Positions 27,034-36,286 are shown, counted from the first letter of the stretch. The stretch: DNA of 64,000 nucleotides from Patescibacteria group bacterium (GCA_038065555.1 JBBTQS010000001.1:128741-192740), one strand, 5' to 3'. Numbers and translations: made by a program. The notes: generated from the letters alone by a model not told the origin.

Positions 27034-28980
27034 ATGGAGGACCCAGCCCTTTCCATTTTCTCAAGACGTGATATCAACGTGTTTGCGCAGACGAGTTTTC
27101 GCAATCAGTTCCGCAAGTTCGGAATCAAGATCGATGACCGTCGCCGTCACATGTATGTGATCGGTAAAACAGGTATGGGTAAGACCACCCTGTTAGAGAA
27201 CATGGTGCTCGGCGACATCTATGCTGGTAACGGCGTAGGAATCGTTGACCCACACGGAGATTTCGCGGAGAAAATCATCAATTACATTCCAAGTAACCGC
27301 ATTAATGATGTGGTGTATTTCAATCCGTCGGACGTCGATTTTCCGATTGGTTTTAATATTCTCGAAGTGAAGGATCCTGCGCACCGACATTTGGTGGCGT
27401 CAGGTCTCATGAGTGTCTTCAAGAAGATTTGGATCGACATGTGGAGCGCACGCATGGAGTACATTCTCAATAATACGATTTTGTCACTTCTCGAGTATCC
27501 AGGATCGACGCTCTTGGGTATCAACCGATTGCTCGCAGACAAGGAGTACCGCAAGAAGGTAGTATCGGTGATCACAGATCCAGTTGTGAAGGCGTTTTGG
27601 ATTACAGAATTCGCGAAGTATAACGACAAGTATCAGCAAGAAGCCGTTGCTCCAATTCAGAACAAGATCGGTCAGTTCCTGTCCGCTTCTGTGATGCGTA
27701 ATATCGTTGCGCAGGTGAAGTCCACAATCGATATTCGTCAGATCATGGATGGTGAAAAGATTTTCATCATGAACTTGTCCAAGGGGCGTATTGGTGAGGA
27801 CTCATCGAGATTGCTCGGTGGAATGCTCATCACCAAGATTCAGCTTGCTGCCATGGAGCGTGTGGATATGCCAGAGGCAGAGCGTAAGGATTTCTTCCTG
27901 TACGTTGATGAATTCCAGAACTTCGCAACGGAATCATTTGCGAACATTCTTTCTGAGGCGCGCAAGTACCACTTGAGTCTCATCATGGCGCATCAGTACA
28001 TCAAGCAGCTCGATGAGCATGTGGCGGATGCGGTGTTTGGTAACGTTGGTACGATTGTGACATTCCGTGTAGGTGCTGAGGATGCAGAATTCATGGAGAA
28101 GGAGTTCGAGCCTGTGTTCACAGCCAATGATATTATCAATTTGCCGAAGTTCCATATCTACTTGAAGCTCATGATCAATGGTGTGGCGTCGCAGCCGTTT
28201 AGCGCCATGGGTATGCCGCCGATTGGTAATCCGACGAATAACCTGGAGAAGGTTGTCCGTATTTCTCGTGAGCGCTACGCACTGCCACGTGCAGAGATTG
28301 AGGACAAGATCATGCAGTGGAGTGGTATGGGAGATCTCGACTCTGAGGAAGCATTGTCCCAGATGGATGGTGGATCGAAGAAGCCCAAGAATAAGGAAGT
28401 GGATATTCCACAGGAACAGCGTCATCCGTATCAAGCACAGTGTTGGAAATGTTTGCGCATGACGGATGTGCCGTTCCCACCTGATGGGAAGCGTCCAACC
28501 TATTGTCGCGACTGTTATCCAGAGGCAATGCGTGAAAAGCAGGAAGGTAAGCCTGCCCCACCTCCACCACCATTTGCACTCGCATTGTTGAAGGAGAAGA
28601 AGGACGCAGACAATCGCAAGGGAGTCTCGCTCAAGGAATTGGAGCCTGCAACAGCACCCAAACCGCAGCAGACACCAACAGCAGTTGCAGCACCTCCTGT
28701 TGCGCCACTACCACAACGTCCTCCTGAGGAGCGCAGAGTTGAACCACGAAACGATGCACCACGTCCGAGATTGTCACTTGCAGTGACTCCACCAACAGAA
28801 GATGGTGAGCACAAGAAGCGACGCAAGCGGAAGCGCACAGGTGGAGGCGGTTCTTCGAGCGGCAATGGTCAGCATGACCAGCAGCGCCCACAAAATCAGC
28901 AACAGCAACCACCTCGTCCACGGTTACACTTGCCGGACTTGCCACCAGGCACTCCGACACAGCCTCCAGCGTCCCTCTAG
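27034..28980 (+). CDS. Soluble VirD4/TraD/TrwB (type IV coupling protein)-family P-loop ATPase with a C-terminal C4 zinc ribbon and a Pro/Gln-rich disordered tail.
   Basis: Walker A VIGKTGMGKTT (27163-27189) and Walker B FFLYVDEFQNF, then ARKYHLSLIMAHQYIKQLDEHVADAVFGNVGTIVTFRVG, matching the TraG/TrwB C-terminal ATPase signature. No N-terminal TM. CWKC...CRDC at 28438-28515, low-complexity tail to the end. Confidence 0.7.
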   Translation: MEDPALSIFSRRDINVFAQTSFRNQFRKFGIKIDDRRRHMYVIGKTGMGKTTLLENMVLGDIYAGNGVGIVDPHGDFAEKIINYIPSNRINDVVYFNPSDVDFPIGFNILEVKDPAHRHLVASGLMSVFKKIWIDMWSARMEYILNNTILSLLEYPGSTLLGINRLLADKEYRKKVVSVITDPVVKAFWITEFAKYNDKYQQEAVAPIQNKIGQFLSASVMRNIVAQVKSTIDIRQIMDGEKIFIMNLSKGRIGEDSSRLLGGMLITKIQLAAMERVDMPEAERKDFFLYVDEFQNFATESFANILSEARKYHLSLIMAHQYIKQLDEHVADAVFGNVGTIVTFRVGAEDAEFMEKEFEPVFTANDIINLPKFHIYLKLMINGVASQPFSAMGMPPIGNPTNNLEKVVRISRERYALPRAEIEDKIMQWSGMGDLDSEEALSQMDGGSKKPKNKEVDIPQEQRHPYQAQCWKCLRMTDVPFPPDGKRPTYCRDCYPEAMREKQEGKPAPPPPPFALALLKEKKDADNRKGVSLKELEPATAPKPQQTPTAVAAPPVAPLPQRPPEERRVEPRNDAPRPRLSLAVTPPTEDGEHKKRRKRKRTGGGGSSSGNGQHDQQRPQNQQQQPPRPRLHLPDLPPGTPTQPPASL

Positions 28981-29028
28981 GGCGCTGGTTGCTTTTTTGG
29001 TGCGTCCGCGGTATGTTGGGACGTCACT

Positions 29029-30099
29029 ATGCAAGAACAGCGCAAGAAAATTCTTGTTGGAATGAGCGGCGGCGTTGACTCCTCAGTCACAGCCGCACTC
29101 TTGGTGCGCGAAGGCTACGAAGTCATTGGTGGCTACATGCGCAATTGGTCTGATGGCAAGGAAGAGAATGGCGTATGTACCTGGAAAACAGACCGACGTG
29201 ATGCGCAACGTGTTGCTGCACACCTTGGCATTCCACTCATGACGTTTGATTTCGAAGCGCAGTACCGTGCGGAGGTCGTGCAATATCTCTACGACGAGTA
29301 CGCTGCTGGACGAACTCCGAATCCTGATGTGTTGTGCAATCGCCAGATCAAGTTTGGATATTTTTTGGATGCTGCAAAACGTCTCGGATGTGATGCTGTT
29401 GCAACGGGGCATTATGCTGGTGTGCATGTAGCCGATACGGTCGCGCACCTTTTGCGTGCGAAGGACGACAACAAGGATCAGACCTATTTTCTTCATCAGC
29501 TCAATCAGGAACAATTACGCCACGCGCTTTTTCCGCTGCAGCCGTATCTCAAGAGCGAGGTGCGTGATCTTGCGCGCGAGTTCGACTTGCCAACTGCAGA
29601 GCGCAAGGAGAGTATGGGAATTTGCTTTGTAGGTCGAGTACCTATCAAAGATTTTTTGCAGTCAAACGTCGCAGCAACTCCTGGTGACGTTGTTCTCGAA
29701 GATGGAACACGTATCGGGACACATGATGGATTGCAGTTCTTCACGATTGGTCAACGACATGGATTCACGCAGCCAGGCGGCGGCGAACCGTACTATGTTG
29801 CTGCAAAGAATTTGACGACGGGGCAATTGATTGTTGCACCACGAGAAAGCGAGCTTTTGCTCTCAAATAGCGTAGAGGTCTCGAAGATGCATTGGATCTC
29901 TAGCACTTCACCCGCACAATCGCTTCGTTGTCTTGCGCGTTTGCGTCATCGCGCGCCACTGGCGTCCTGCACTGTTGACCCGCACGAAGACGGGTCTGCA
30001 ACTGTGGTTTTTGATGAGCCACAGTGGGGCGCAGCGCCTGGACAGTTTTGTGTGTTGTACACTGAGCAGGAGTGTCTCGGTGGTGGCCCTATTAGATAG
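29029..30099 (+). CDS. mnmA: tRNA-specific 2-thiouridylase MnmA.
   Basis: PP-loop ILVGMSGGVDSSV and conserved Cys residues. 356 aa. Confidence 0.9.
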   Translation: MQEQRKKILVGMSGGVDSSVTAALLVREGYEVIGGYMRNWSDGKEENGVCTWKTDRRDAQRVAAHLGIPLMTFDFEAQYRAEVVQYLYDEYAAGRTPNPDVLCNRQIKFGYFLDAAKRLGCDAVATGHYAGVHVADTVAHLLRAKDDNKDQTYFLHQLNQEQLRHALFPLQPYLKSEVRDLAREFDLPTAERKESMGICFVGRVPIKDFLQSNVAATPGDVVLEDGTRIGTHDGLQFFTIGQRHGFTQPGGGEPYYVAAKNLTTGQLIVAPRESELLLSNSVEVSKMHWISSTSPAQSLRCLARLRHRAPLASCTVDPHEDGSATVVFDEPQWGAAPGQFCVLYTEQECLGGGPIR

Positions 30100-30107
30100 C
30101 TACGTCG

Positions 30108-30137
30108 CCCTCTCTTCACATCCTCGTGAAGAGAGGG
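30108..30137 (+). other. Perfect 12-bp stem / 6-nt loop hairpin downstream of mnmA. Possible terminator/attenuator or RNA processing structure, with no U-tract.
   Basis: ccctctcttcac-atcctc-gtgaagagaggg. Confidence 0.35.
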
Positions 30138-30172
30138 TAATCTATCAATCAGTTGCCCTATCTCCAAATCGT

Positions 30173-31972
30173 ATGACAGCACAAGAACTCGTCCAAAAAT
30201 ACATTCAGTTTTTTGTAGAACGCGGACATGCGGAGATCCCATCTGCACCCCTGATTCCAGAAAATGACCCAACTGTACTCTTCACGACCGCCGGGATGCA
30301 CCCACTGGTCCCTTTTTTGCTTGGCGAGCGGCATCCTGCTGGTACGCGTCTGGTGGACTTCCAGCGTTGTGTTCGCACGGGCGATATTGATGAAGTGGGG
30401 GATGCTACACACAACACATTCTTCACCATGCTCGGCAATTGGTCGCTTGGTGATTATTTCAAGAAAGAATCGATTACGTGGAGTTACCAGCTGCTCACAC
30501 AGGCATTTGGAATTGATCCGAAGAATCTCGCTGTGACGGTGTTCGAAGGCGATGCTGATGCGCCGCGTGACGAAGAATCTGCAGGGTATTGGCGTGAGCT
30601 CGGTGTTGCGGCTGAGCGCATCGCCTTTTTGCCCAAAGGTGATAACTGGTGGGGACCTGCTGGCGTGACAGGACCGTGCGGCCCAGACACCGAGATTTTC
30701 TTTTGGACTGGGGACGAGGAAGCGCCTGCGGTGTATGACCCGAAGGACAAACGTTGGGTGGAGATTTGGAACAACGTGTTCATGCAGTACAACAAACAAG
30801 CAGATGGTACGTTTGCAGTTCTTGCAAAACCAAATGTAGACACAGGGCTGGGCCTTGAGCGTACGCTTGCGGTTCTCAATGGCAAGAAATCTGGATATGA
30901 CACGGAATTGTTCAGTGGAATGCTCGGTGCTATCGCAGCAGCGAGTGGCAAAATGTATGGTGCTGATGACGTAACAACCTTCTCGATGCGTGTCATCGCA
31001 GATCATGTGCGCACAGGCATTATGATCATTGCGGACGGTATGGTACCGAGCAACAAGGATCAAGGGTACGTACTTCGCCGACTCATTCGTCGCGCAGTTC
31101 GACATGCGCGCAAGCTCGGTGTTGAGAACATCGAATCGCTCTTGCGCGCGCTCACTGATGCAGCAGTCGCATCATTGGGCATGCTGTACGCGCATCTCGA
31201 GCCACAGCGTGAGCACGTGGTGACTGTACTCCTTGCAGAAGCAAAGAAGTTCGAAGCCACGATTCAGAAAGGCCTCAAGGAAGTGCAGCACATCTGGGAA
31301 ACACGCAAAGAAGTAACGGCCAAGGATGCGTTCGATCTCTACCAGTCATATGGATTTCCACTCGAGTTAACTGAAGAAGTGGCTCGCGAGTATGGACAAG
31401 TCATTGATGCAGCAGCATTTCGTGCTTCATTTGCAGAGCATCAGACACTATCACGCGCTGGAGCAGAGAAGAAGTTCGCAGGTGGGCTTGCTGATCATTC
31501 AGCAGAGACAACGCGATTGCACACCGCAACGCACTTGTTGCACAAAGCACTCAAAAATATTCTAGGCGAAGAGGTCCAACAGAAGGGGAGTAATATCACC
31601 GCAGAGCGTTTGCGATTTGACTTCAACTATCCAACGAAGGTAACGGACGAGCAGCTCAAAGCGATTGAGGATATGGTCAATGAGCAAATTGCGAAGGAAT
31701 TGCCTGTTGGGTTCAAGGAGCTCACGCCAGAGGAAGCAAAGGCAAGCAATGCCATCGGGTATTTCGAGGACAAATACGCACAGCTCGGTGGCAAGCTCAA
31801 GGTCTATGCCGTGGGCGATGACGCACGTGGATACTACTCAAGTGAAATTTGTGGCGGACCACATGTAGCTAATACTGCCGAACTCAAGCATTTCCGTATC
31901 CAAAAGGAGGAAGCGGTTTCAGCGGGTATTCGTCGTATCAAGGCTACGGTTGATGCTAATGGACACGCATGA
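30173..31972 (+). CDS. alaS: Alanyl-tRNA synthetase, short form (~600 aa: catalytic, tRNA-recognition and editing domains, no C-Ala domain).
   Basis: AlaRS N-terminal motifs (FTTAGMHPLVPF, FTMLGNWSLGDYFK). Editing-domain HTATHLLH and CGGPH. Ends right after the editing domain. Confidence 0.85.
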   Translation: MTAQELVQKYIQFFVERGHAEIPSAPLIPENDPTVLFTTAGMHPLVPFLLGERHPAGTRLVDFQRCVRTGDIDEVGDATHNTFFTMLGNWSLGDYFKKESITWSYQLLTQAFGIDPKNLAVTVFEGDADAPRDEESAGYWRELGVAAERIAFLPKGDNWWGPAGVTGPCGPDTEIFFWTGDEEAPAVYDPKDKRWVEIWNNVFMQYNKQADGTFAVLAKPNVDTGLGLERTLAVLNGKKSGYDTELFSGMLGAIAAASGKMYGADDVTTFSMRVIADHVRTGIMIIADGMVPSNKDQGYVLRRLIRRAVRHARKLGVENIESLLRALTDAAVASLGMLYAHLEPQREHVVTVLLAEAKKFEATIQKGLKEVQHIWETRKEVTAKDAFDLYQSYGFPLELTEEVAREYGQVIDAAAFRASFAEHQTLSRAGAEKKFAGGLADHSAETTRLHTATHLLHKALKNILGEEVQQKGSNITAERLRFDFNYPTKVTDEQLKAIEDMVNEQIAKELPVGFKELTPEEAKASNAIGYFEDKYAQLGGKLKVYAVGDDARGYYSSEICGGPHVANTAELKHFRIQKEEAVSAGIRRIKATVDANGHA

Positions 31973-33657
31973 TGCGCCGTTGGTTGAGCCGCGTTCATCT
32001 CCCGATTTTCCTTCTGATTCTTGTTGCACTTTCTGCGCACGGGCAAATGCTCGGGCGCGGATTTGTGTCTGATGATTGGGATTGGTTGCATATCGCGGCA
32101 ACAGCGCAGTTCCCAGAGTATTTTGTTGGTAATTACGCAGGAGAGCATGCTGTTGGTGGATCGTATCGTCCTGTTGTGACGGTTGTGATGCAGATGCTGT
32201 ACGCACTGTTCGGGCTGCAGGCTATTTGGTACCACGCGCTTTCTCTGGTGTTGCTCGTGGTCACAGCTATTGGTATTGCACGACTGGTGCAGACTATATT
32301 TGCCTCTGTGAGACAGCAGACGTGGATTGCGTGGATGAGCGCGCTTTTGTTTGTGCTCATTCCAACACATGCAGAAGCAGTGTATTGGGTTGCAGGGCTT
32401 CCGGATATGATCGCAGCTGCGTGTATGGTCTGGTCCAGTGTGTGGATGGTGCGGTGGCTACGCTACAATTCGTGGCGTAGCGCTGTGGTTGCGGTGGTCC
32501 TCTGGATCATAGCGCTCGGTGCAAAGGAGAATGCGGTAGTGTTGCCGGGGATTTGGTTCGCGTGCACCGCAGTGATCGCGTCTCTTGAGTGGGATCGGTC
32601 AGCATATCGATCCCGTGTGTTGCCACTGTTGCGATGGTTTGGGGGGGCGATCGCAATCCTTGTTGCTTTTGTCCTATTGCGTCGCTACGCAGTTGGGAGT
32701 AGCACATTGGTATACAGCGTTGCGGCAGCACAACTCTCACTACACAGCGCAGCTATTTCGTTGTTGCACACGTTAGTTGCGCCTGTTGTTGGATGGCATG
32801 AGATTCGACATCAGATTGTTGCGTGGGTGTGGGAGTACCGTGTATGGGTTGTGAGTGTTGTCGGTGCACTCGGATTAGGTACAATAGGCTATGGCGTGCG
32901 CAGATATGGGCGCACCACAGGTGCTGCGTTGGCACTGTTGGCTGCATTCATGATCGCTGCAATCCCAAATACTGTTGTGACATACCACCCGGTCTTTGCA
33001 GAGGGGGAGCGATTTGCATATTTTCCATCGGTGTTCATCGCAGTACTCCTTGCGTGGGGTTGTAGTTGGCTGATTACGTTGCAGCAGCAGTTGGGACGTG
33101 CAGCAACGCTCATGCTCGCACTGAGTATGACAATTGCTATTCCTCATTATCATCGTGCATGGGATGAAGCAGACCGCGCACTCGCAACAGTGCAGCAGGA
33201 CCTCACGACCTACGCAGCGACGCACTCACGTCCACAAGCAGTACTGATTGGTCTTCCAGAATTCGCACACACTATCGCTCCAGTTCTGCGCAACGGATTG
33301 CCGCAGTGGTATGCGATGACACATGACCTTGCGCCTTCCCCCTATGGTCGGTTACCCTATTACACGCAGTGGGACGGTCGCAGTGCAATGACATGGGTTG
33401 CAGACACCAATGGGTGGAAGGCAACGTATGCCACAAGCACATCACTGTGGGGCCCAGCCACATACGCGGATAGTAACCACCTGGTAGAATTATGGGGGTA
33501 TAACTACGCATTGCAGCATGGCGGGAACTTCGTGAAGTTCGTCTATCGTCCTGATGACCCCCGTACGAAGAGCTATCGCAGTGAAATATCGCCACCGATT
33601 ATTGCGTGGAGCAAAGACGGGTTTATCCCCATGCCACAGGCCACGTCGCTAAAATAA
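31969..33657 (+). CDS. GT-C fold membrane glycosyltransferase (PMT/ArnT-like, GT39/GT83 type).
   Basis: ~12 predicted TM helices with an acidic first-loop motif (FVSDDWDW) typical of GT-C enzymes. ATGA overlap with the alaS stop. Confidence 0.5.
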   Translation: MMRRWLSRVHLPIFLLILVALSAHGQMLGRGFVSDDWDWLHIAATAQFPEYFVGNYAGEHAVGGSYRPVVTVVMQMLYALFGLQAIWYHALSLVLLVVTAIGIARLVQTIFASVRQQTWIAWMSALLFVLIPTHAEAVYWVAGLPDMIAAACMVWSSVWMVRWLRYNSWRSAVVAVVLWIIALGAKENAVVLPGIWFACTAVIASLEWDRSAYRSRVLPLLRWFGGAIAILVAFVLLRRYAVGSSTLVYSVAAAQLSLHSAAISLLHTLVAPVVGWHEIRHQIVAWVWEYRVWVVSVVGALGLGTIGYGVRRYGRTTGAALALLAAFMIAAIPNTVVTYHPVFAEGERFAYFPSVFIAVLLAWGCSWLITLQQQLGRAATLMLALSMTIAIPHYHRAWDEADRALATVQQDLTTYAATHSRPQAVLIGLPEFAHTIAPVLRNGLPQWYAMTHDLAPSPYGRLPYYTQWDGRSAMTWVADTNGWKATYATSTSLWGPATYADSNHLVELWGYNYALQHGGNFVKFVYRPDDPRTKSYRSEISPPIIAWSKDGFIPMPQATSLK

Positions 33658-33694
33658 GCTAAATCATGTTGCAAAAATCGATTTTTATTGTCTA

Positions 33695-33723
33695 TTGACA
33701 GGAAATTTCACTTCACCTATACT
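33695..33723 (+). promoter_or_regulatory. Consensus sigma70 promoter TTGACA-17-TATACT for the infA-rpmJ-rpsM-rpsK-rpsD-rpoA-rplQ operon.
   Basis: ttgaca at 33695-33700, 17-nt spacer, tatact at 33718-33723. The infA ATG at 33737 implies a very short leader. Confidence 0.6.
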
Positions 33724-33736
33724 ACCGACAGTATTT

Positions 33737-33961
33737 ATGCCCGATCCATCGAAAAACGACGTTGTAGAGTTTGTAGGCGTGATTGAGGAATTGTTGCCAG
33801 CTGGCATGTTCCGCGTCCGTCTCGAGAACGAGCATATGATTCTTGCATACTTGTCAGGCAAGATGCGCAAGAATCATATTCGCCTCACCACAGGCGATTC
33901 TGTGCGCGTTGAAATGTCTCCCTACGACCTTACGAAAGGGCGAATCGTGTATCGTCAATAA
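33737..33961 (+). CDS. infA: Translation initiation factor IF-1.
   Basis: 74 aa, S1-like OB fold sequence [64 protein letters not shown]. Confidence 0.9.
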   Translation: MPDPSKNDVVEFVGVIEELLPAGMFRVRLENEHMILAYLSGKMRKNHIRLTTGDSVRVEMSPYDLTKGRIVYRQ

Positions 33962-33968
33962 CCCCGCT

Positions 33969-34082
33969 ATGAAAGTACGTTCATCGGTGAAGAAAATGTG
34001 CAAGGACTGCAAGACAGCGCGCCGTGAAGGACGCGTGATTGTACAGTGCAAGACTCCAAAACATAAGCAGCGACAAGGATAA
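33969..34082 (+). CDS. rpmJ: 50S ribosomal protein L36.
   Basis: [37 protein letters not shown] (37 aa) with the C-x2-C-x12-C-x4-H zinc ribbon. Confidence 0.9.
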   Translation: MKVRSSVKKMCKDCKTARREGRVIVQCKTPKHKQRQG

Positions 34083-34087
34083 TCTCT

Positions 34088-34474
34088 ATGGCACGTATCT
34101 CAGGTATTACACTTCCAAAGGACAAGCGCGTTGACGTGGCGCTTACATATATTTACGGCATCGGACCAGCCATTGCGAAGCTCATCATTGCGAAGACTCA
34201 GATCAAGCCTGAGATTCGTGTGAAGGATCTCTCCCAAGCTGAAGAAGATCGCCTGCGCACTGTTGTGGAGAAGGAATACGCAACTGAAGGAGATTTGCGC
34301 CGTAACATTGCGATGAACATCAAGCGTCTCAAGGACATCAAGTCCTATCGCGGCACTCGTCATGCGAAGCGTCTCCCAGCACGCGGTCAGCGCACCAAGG
34401 TCAACTCGCGTACCGTTCGCGGCAACACGCGCAAGACCATGGGTTCTGGCAAAAAGCCAGTTGGTCTCAAGTAA
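34088..34474 (+). CDS. rpsM: 30S ribosomal protein S13.
   Basis: MARISGITLPKDKRVDVALTYIYGIG... Confidence 0.95.
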   Translation: MARISGITLPKDKRVDVALTYIYGIGPAIAKLIIAKTQIKPEIRVKDLSQAEEDRLRTVVEKEYATEGDLRRNIAMNIKRLKDIKSYRGTRHAKRLPARGQRTKVNSRTVRGNTRKTMGSGKKPVGLK

Positions 34475-34492
34475 TCCACGCACTGAATAGCT

Positions 34493-34909
34493 ATGGCACA
34501 AACGAACAAACCAGCGGCAGCAGTAAAGGCGAAAGTCGCTAAGAAAAAGAAAGTAGCACGCAACGTACCAAAGGGTCTTGCGTACATCAATGCAACCTAC
34601 AACAACACCATCGTATCTGTAACTGACCTTGACGGTAACGTTCTCGGTTGGGCAAGCGCAGGTATGGTTGGGTTCAAGGGTCCAAAGAAGGCGACACCAT
34701 ACGCAGCTTCGATGATCGTCAAGAAAATCATGGAAGGCATCGCAGCAGTAGGTATCCAGGAAGTGACTGTATTTATCAAGGGTATTGGCCAGGGTCGCGA
34801 AGGAGCAATCCGCGCGTTCCATGCAAATAACGTAGCGGTGAATGGTATCAACGATGTGACACCAATTCCGCACAATGGTTGCCGCCCACGCAAGCGCCGC
34901 CGCGTGTAA
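34493..34909 (+). CDS. rpsK: 30S ribosomal protein S11.
   Basis: ...AYINATYNNTIVSVTDLDGNVLGWASAGMVGFKG... Confidence 0.95.
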   Translation: MAQTNKPAAAVKAKVAKKKKVARNVPKGLAYINATYNNTIVSVTDLDGNVLGWASAGMVGFKGPKKATPYAASMIVKKIMEGIAAVGIQEVTVFIKGIGQGREGAIRAFHANNVAVNGINDVTPIPHNGCRPRKRRRV

Positions 34910-34931
34910 TACTCTCCAGAACGCAACGATT

Positions 34932-35552
34932 ATGCCAGTACAATATCATGAATCTAAGTGTGTGAAGTGCCGCCGCGAGGGCGTCAAGCTTTTCCTCAAA
35001 GGTGAGAAATGCTTTACGACCAAGTGTCCGGTTGCTCGCCGTCCATTTGCCCCTGGTCAGCACGGTCCAACCGCGCGCCGACCAAAGGTTTCGGTTTACG
35101 GTTCGCAGCTTCGCGAAAAGCAAAAAGCAAAGCGTATTTACGGTCTCACCGAAGCCCAGTTCATGGGATATGTTGAGCGCGCAAACCGCAAAGTAGGTGA
35201 CACAGGTGTAATGCTCCAGCAGATGCTCGAGACACGTCTTGATAACGTGGTCTACCGCCTTGGATTCGCTGCATCACGCTTTGATGCTCGTCAAAAAGTT
35301 TCCCACTGCCACATGACTGTGAACGGTAAGTCCGTGAACATTCCATCATACCGCGTTGCGGTAGGGGATGTGATCGCGCTTGACGCCACCAAGTTTGCGG
35401 CAATCAAGGAACGCGTTAGCAAACACCAAGCTCCATCATGGCTCGCGCTCGACGCGAGTGCGATGAGCGGCAAAATGGTCGCAATTCCGGGAAAAACGGA
35501 CTTCGACACGGTGTTTGACACCAAAATGATCATTGAATTCTATTCACGCTAA
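34932..35552 (+). CDS. rpsD: 30S ribosomal protein S4 (zinc-ribbon containing form).
   Basis: MPVQYHESKCVKCRREGVKLFLKGEKCFTTKCP... Confidence 0.92.
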   Translation: MPVQYHESKCVKCRREGVKLFLKGEKCFTTKCPVARRPFAPGQHGPTARRPKVSVYGSQLREKQKAKRIYGLTEAQFMGYVERANRKVGDTGVMLQQMLETRLDNVVYRLGFAASRFDARQKVSHCHMTVNGKSVNIPSYRVAVGDVIALDATKFAAIKERVSKHQAPSWLALDASAMSGKMVAIPGKTDFDTVFDTKMIIEFYSR

Positions 35553-35562
35553 ATCCATTTCT

Positions 35563-36252
35563 ATGGAGGCACTTCTTTTGCCAAGCTCTACAACCTATAG
35601 CGAGCTCGAGACCCCGCATACGGCAGAGATCGTGGTTAGCCCGTGCTATCACGGCTACGGCACGACCATTGGCAACATGTTGCGCCGCGTGCTCCTCTCA
35701 TCCCTTCCTGGTGCTGCAATTACTGCAGTGAAGATCAAGGGAGTTGCTCATGAGTTCTCCGGCATTGACGGCGTTCTCGAAGACGTAGTGCAGATTCTCC
35801 TCAACCTCAAGAAAGTACGTGTTCGCGTGCACTCTGAGAACGAGGTGAAGATCACACTCAAGGCAACAGGCGCTCGCGCAGTAACGGCTGCAGACATTGA
35901 AGGTAACTCTGATGTCGAAGTCGTGAACCCAGAGGCACACATTGCAACCATCACGGATGCAAAGAAGGTACTCGAAATGGAAATCATGGTTCGTCAGGGT
36001 CGCGGATACGTTCCGGTAGAGGAGCGTGGCGACGAAAGTTTGGAACTCGGCATGATCGCAGTGGATGCGGTGTACACCCCAGTGGTGGACGTCGGATACC
36101 ACGTAGAGTTCACCCGTGTGGGTGACATCACCAACTACGAGAAGCTCACACTTCGCGTACAGACAGACGGTACACTCTCCCCAAAGGATGCAGTGACCCA
36201 GTCGGTGAAGATCCTTGCTGACCACCTCAATATCATTCAGTCCATCGCGTAA
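35563..36252 (+). CDS. rpoA: DNA-directed RNA polymerase alpha subunit, N-terminal (dimerisation/assembly) domain only. No alpha-CTD.
   Basis: 229 aa ending ...VTQSVKILADHLNIIQSIA, against ~330 aa for typical RpoA. The next gene (rplQ) starts 35 nt later. Confidence 0.85.
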   Translation: MEALLLPSSTTYSELETPHTAEIVVSPCYHGYGTTIGNMLRRVLLSSLPGAAITAVKIKGVAHEFSGIDGVLEDVVQILLNLKKVRVRVHSENEVKITLKATGARAVTAADIEGNSDVEVVNPEAHIATITDAKKVLEMEIMVRQGRGYVPVEERGDESLELGMIAVDAVYTPVVDVGYHVEFTRVGDITNYEKLTLRVQTDGTLSPKDAVTQSVKILADHLNIIQSIA

Positions 36253-36286
36253 GGAGCGAGACAACAGTCACAGTAACAGCAGGCCT

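Noticed and set aside
28540-28977. Possible DNA tandem repeat / CRISPR-like periodicity in the proline/glutamine-rich region.
   Set aside because: No exact nucleotide direct repeats with spacers; the bias is codon-level (CCA/CCG/CAG) and encodes a low-complexity protein tail. Not a CRISPR array or VNTR.
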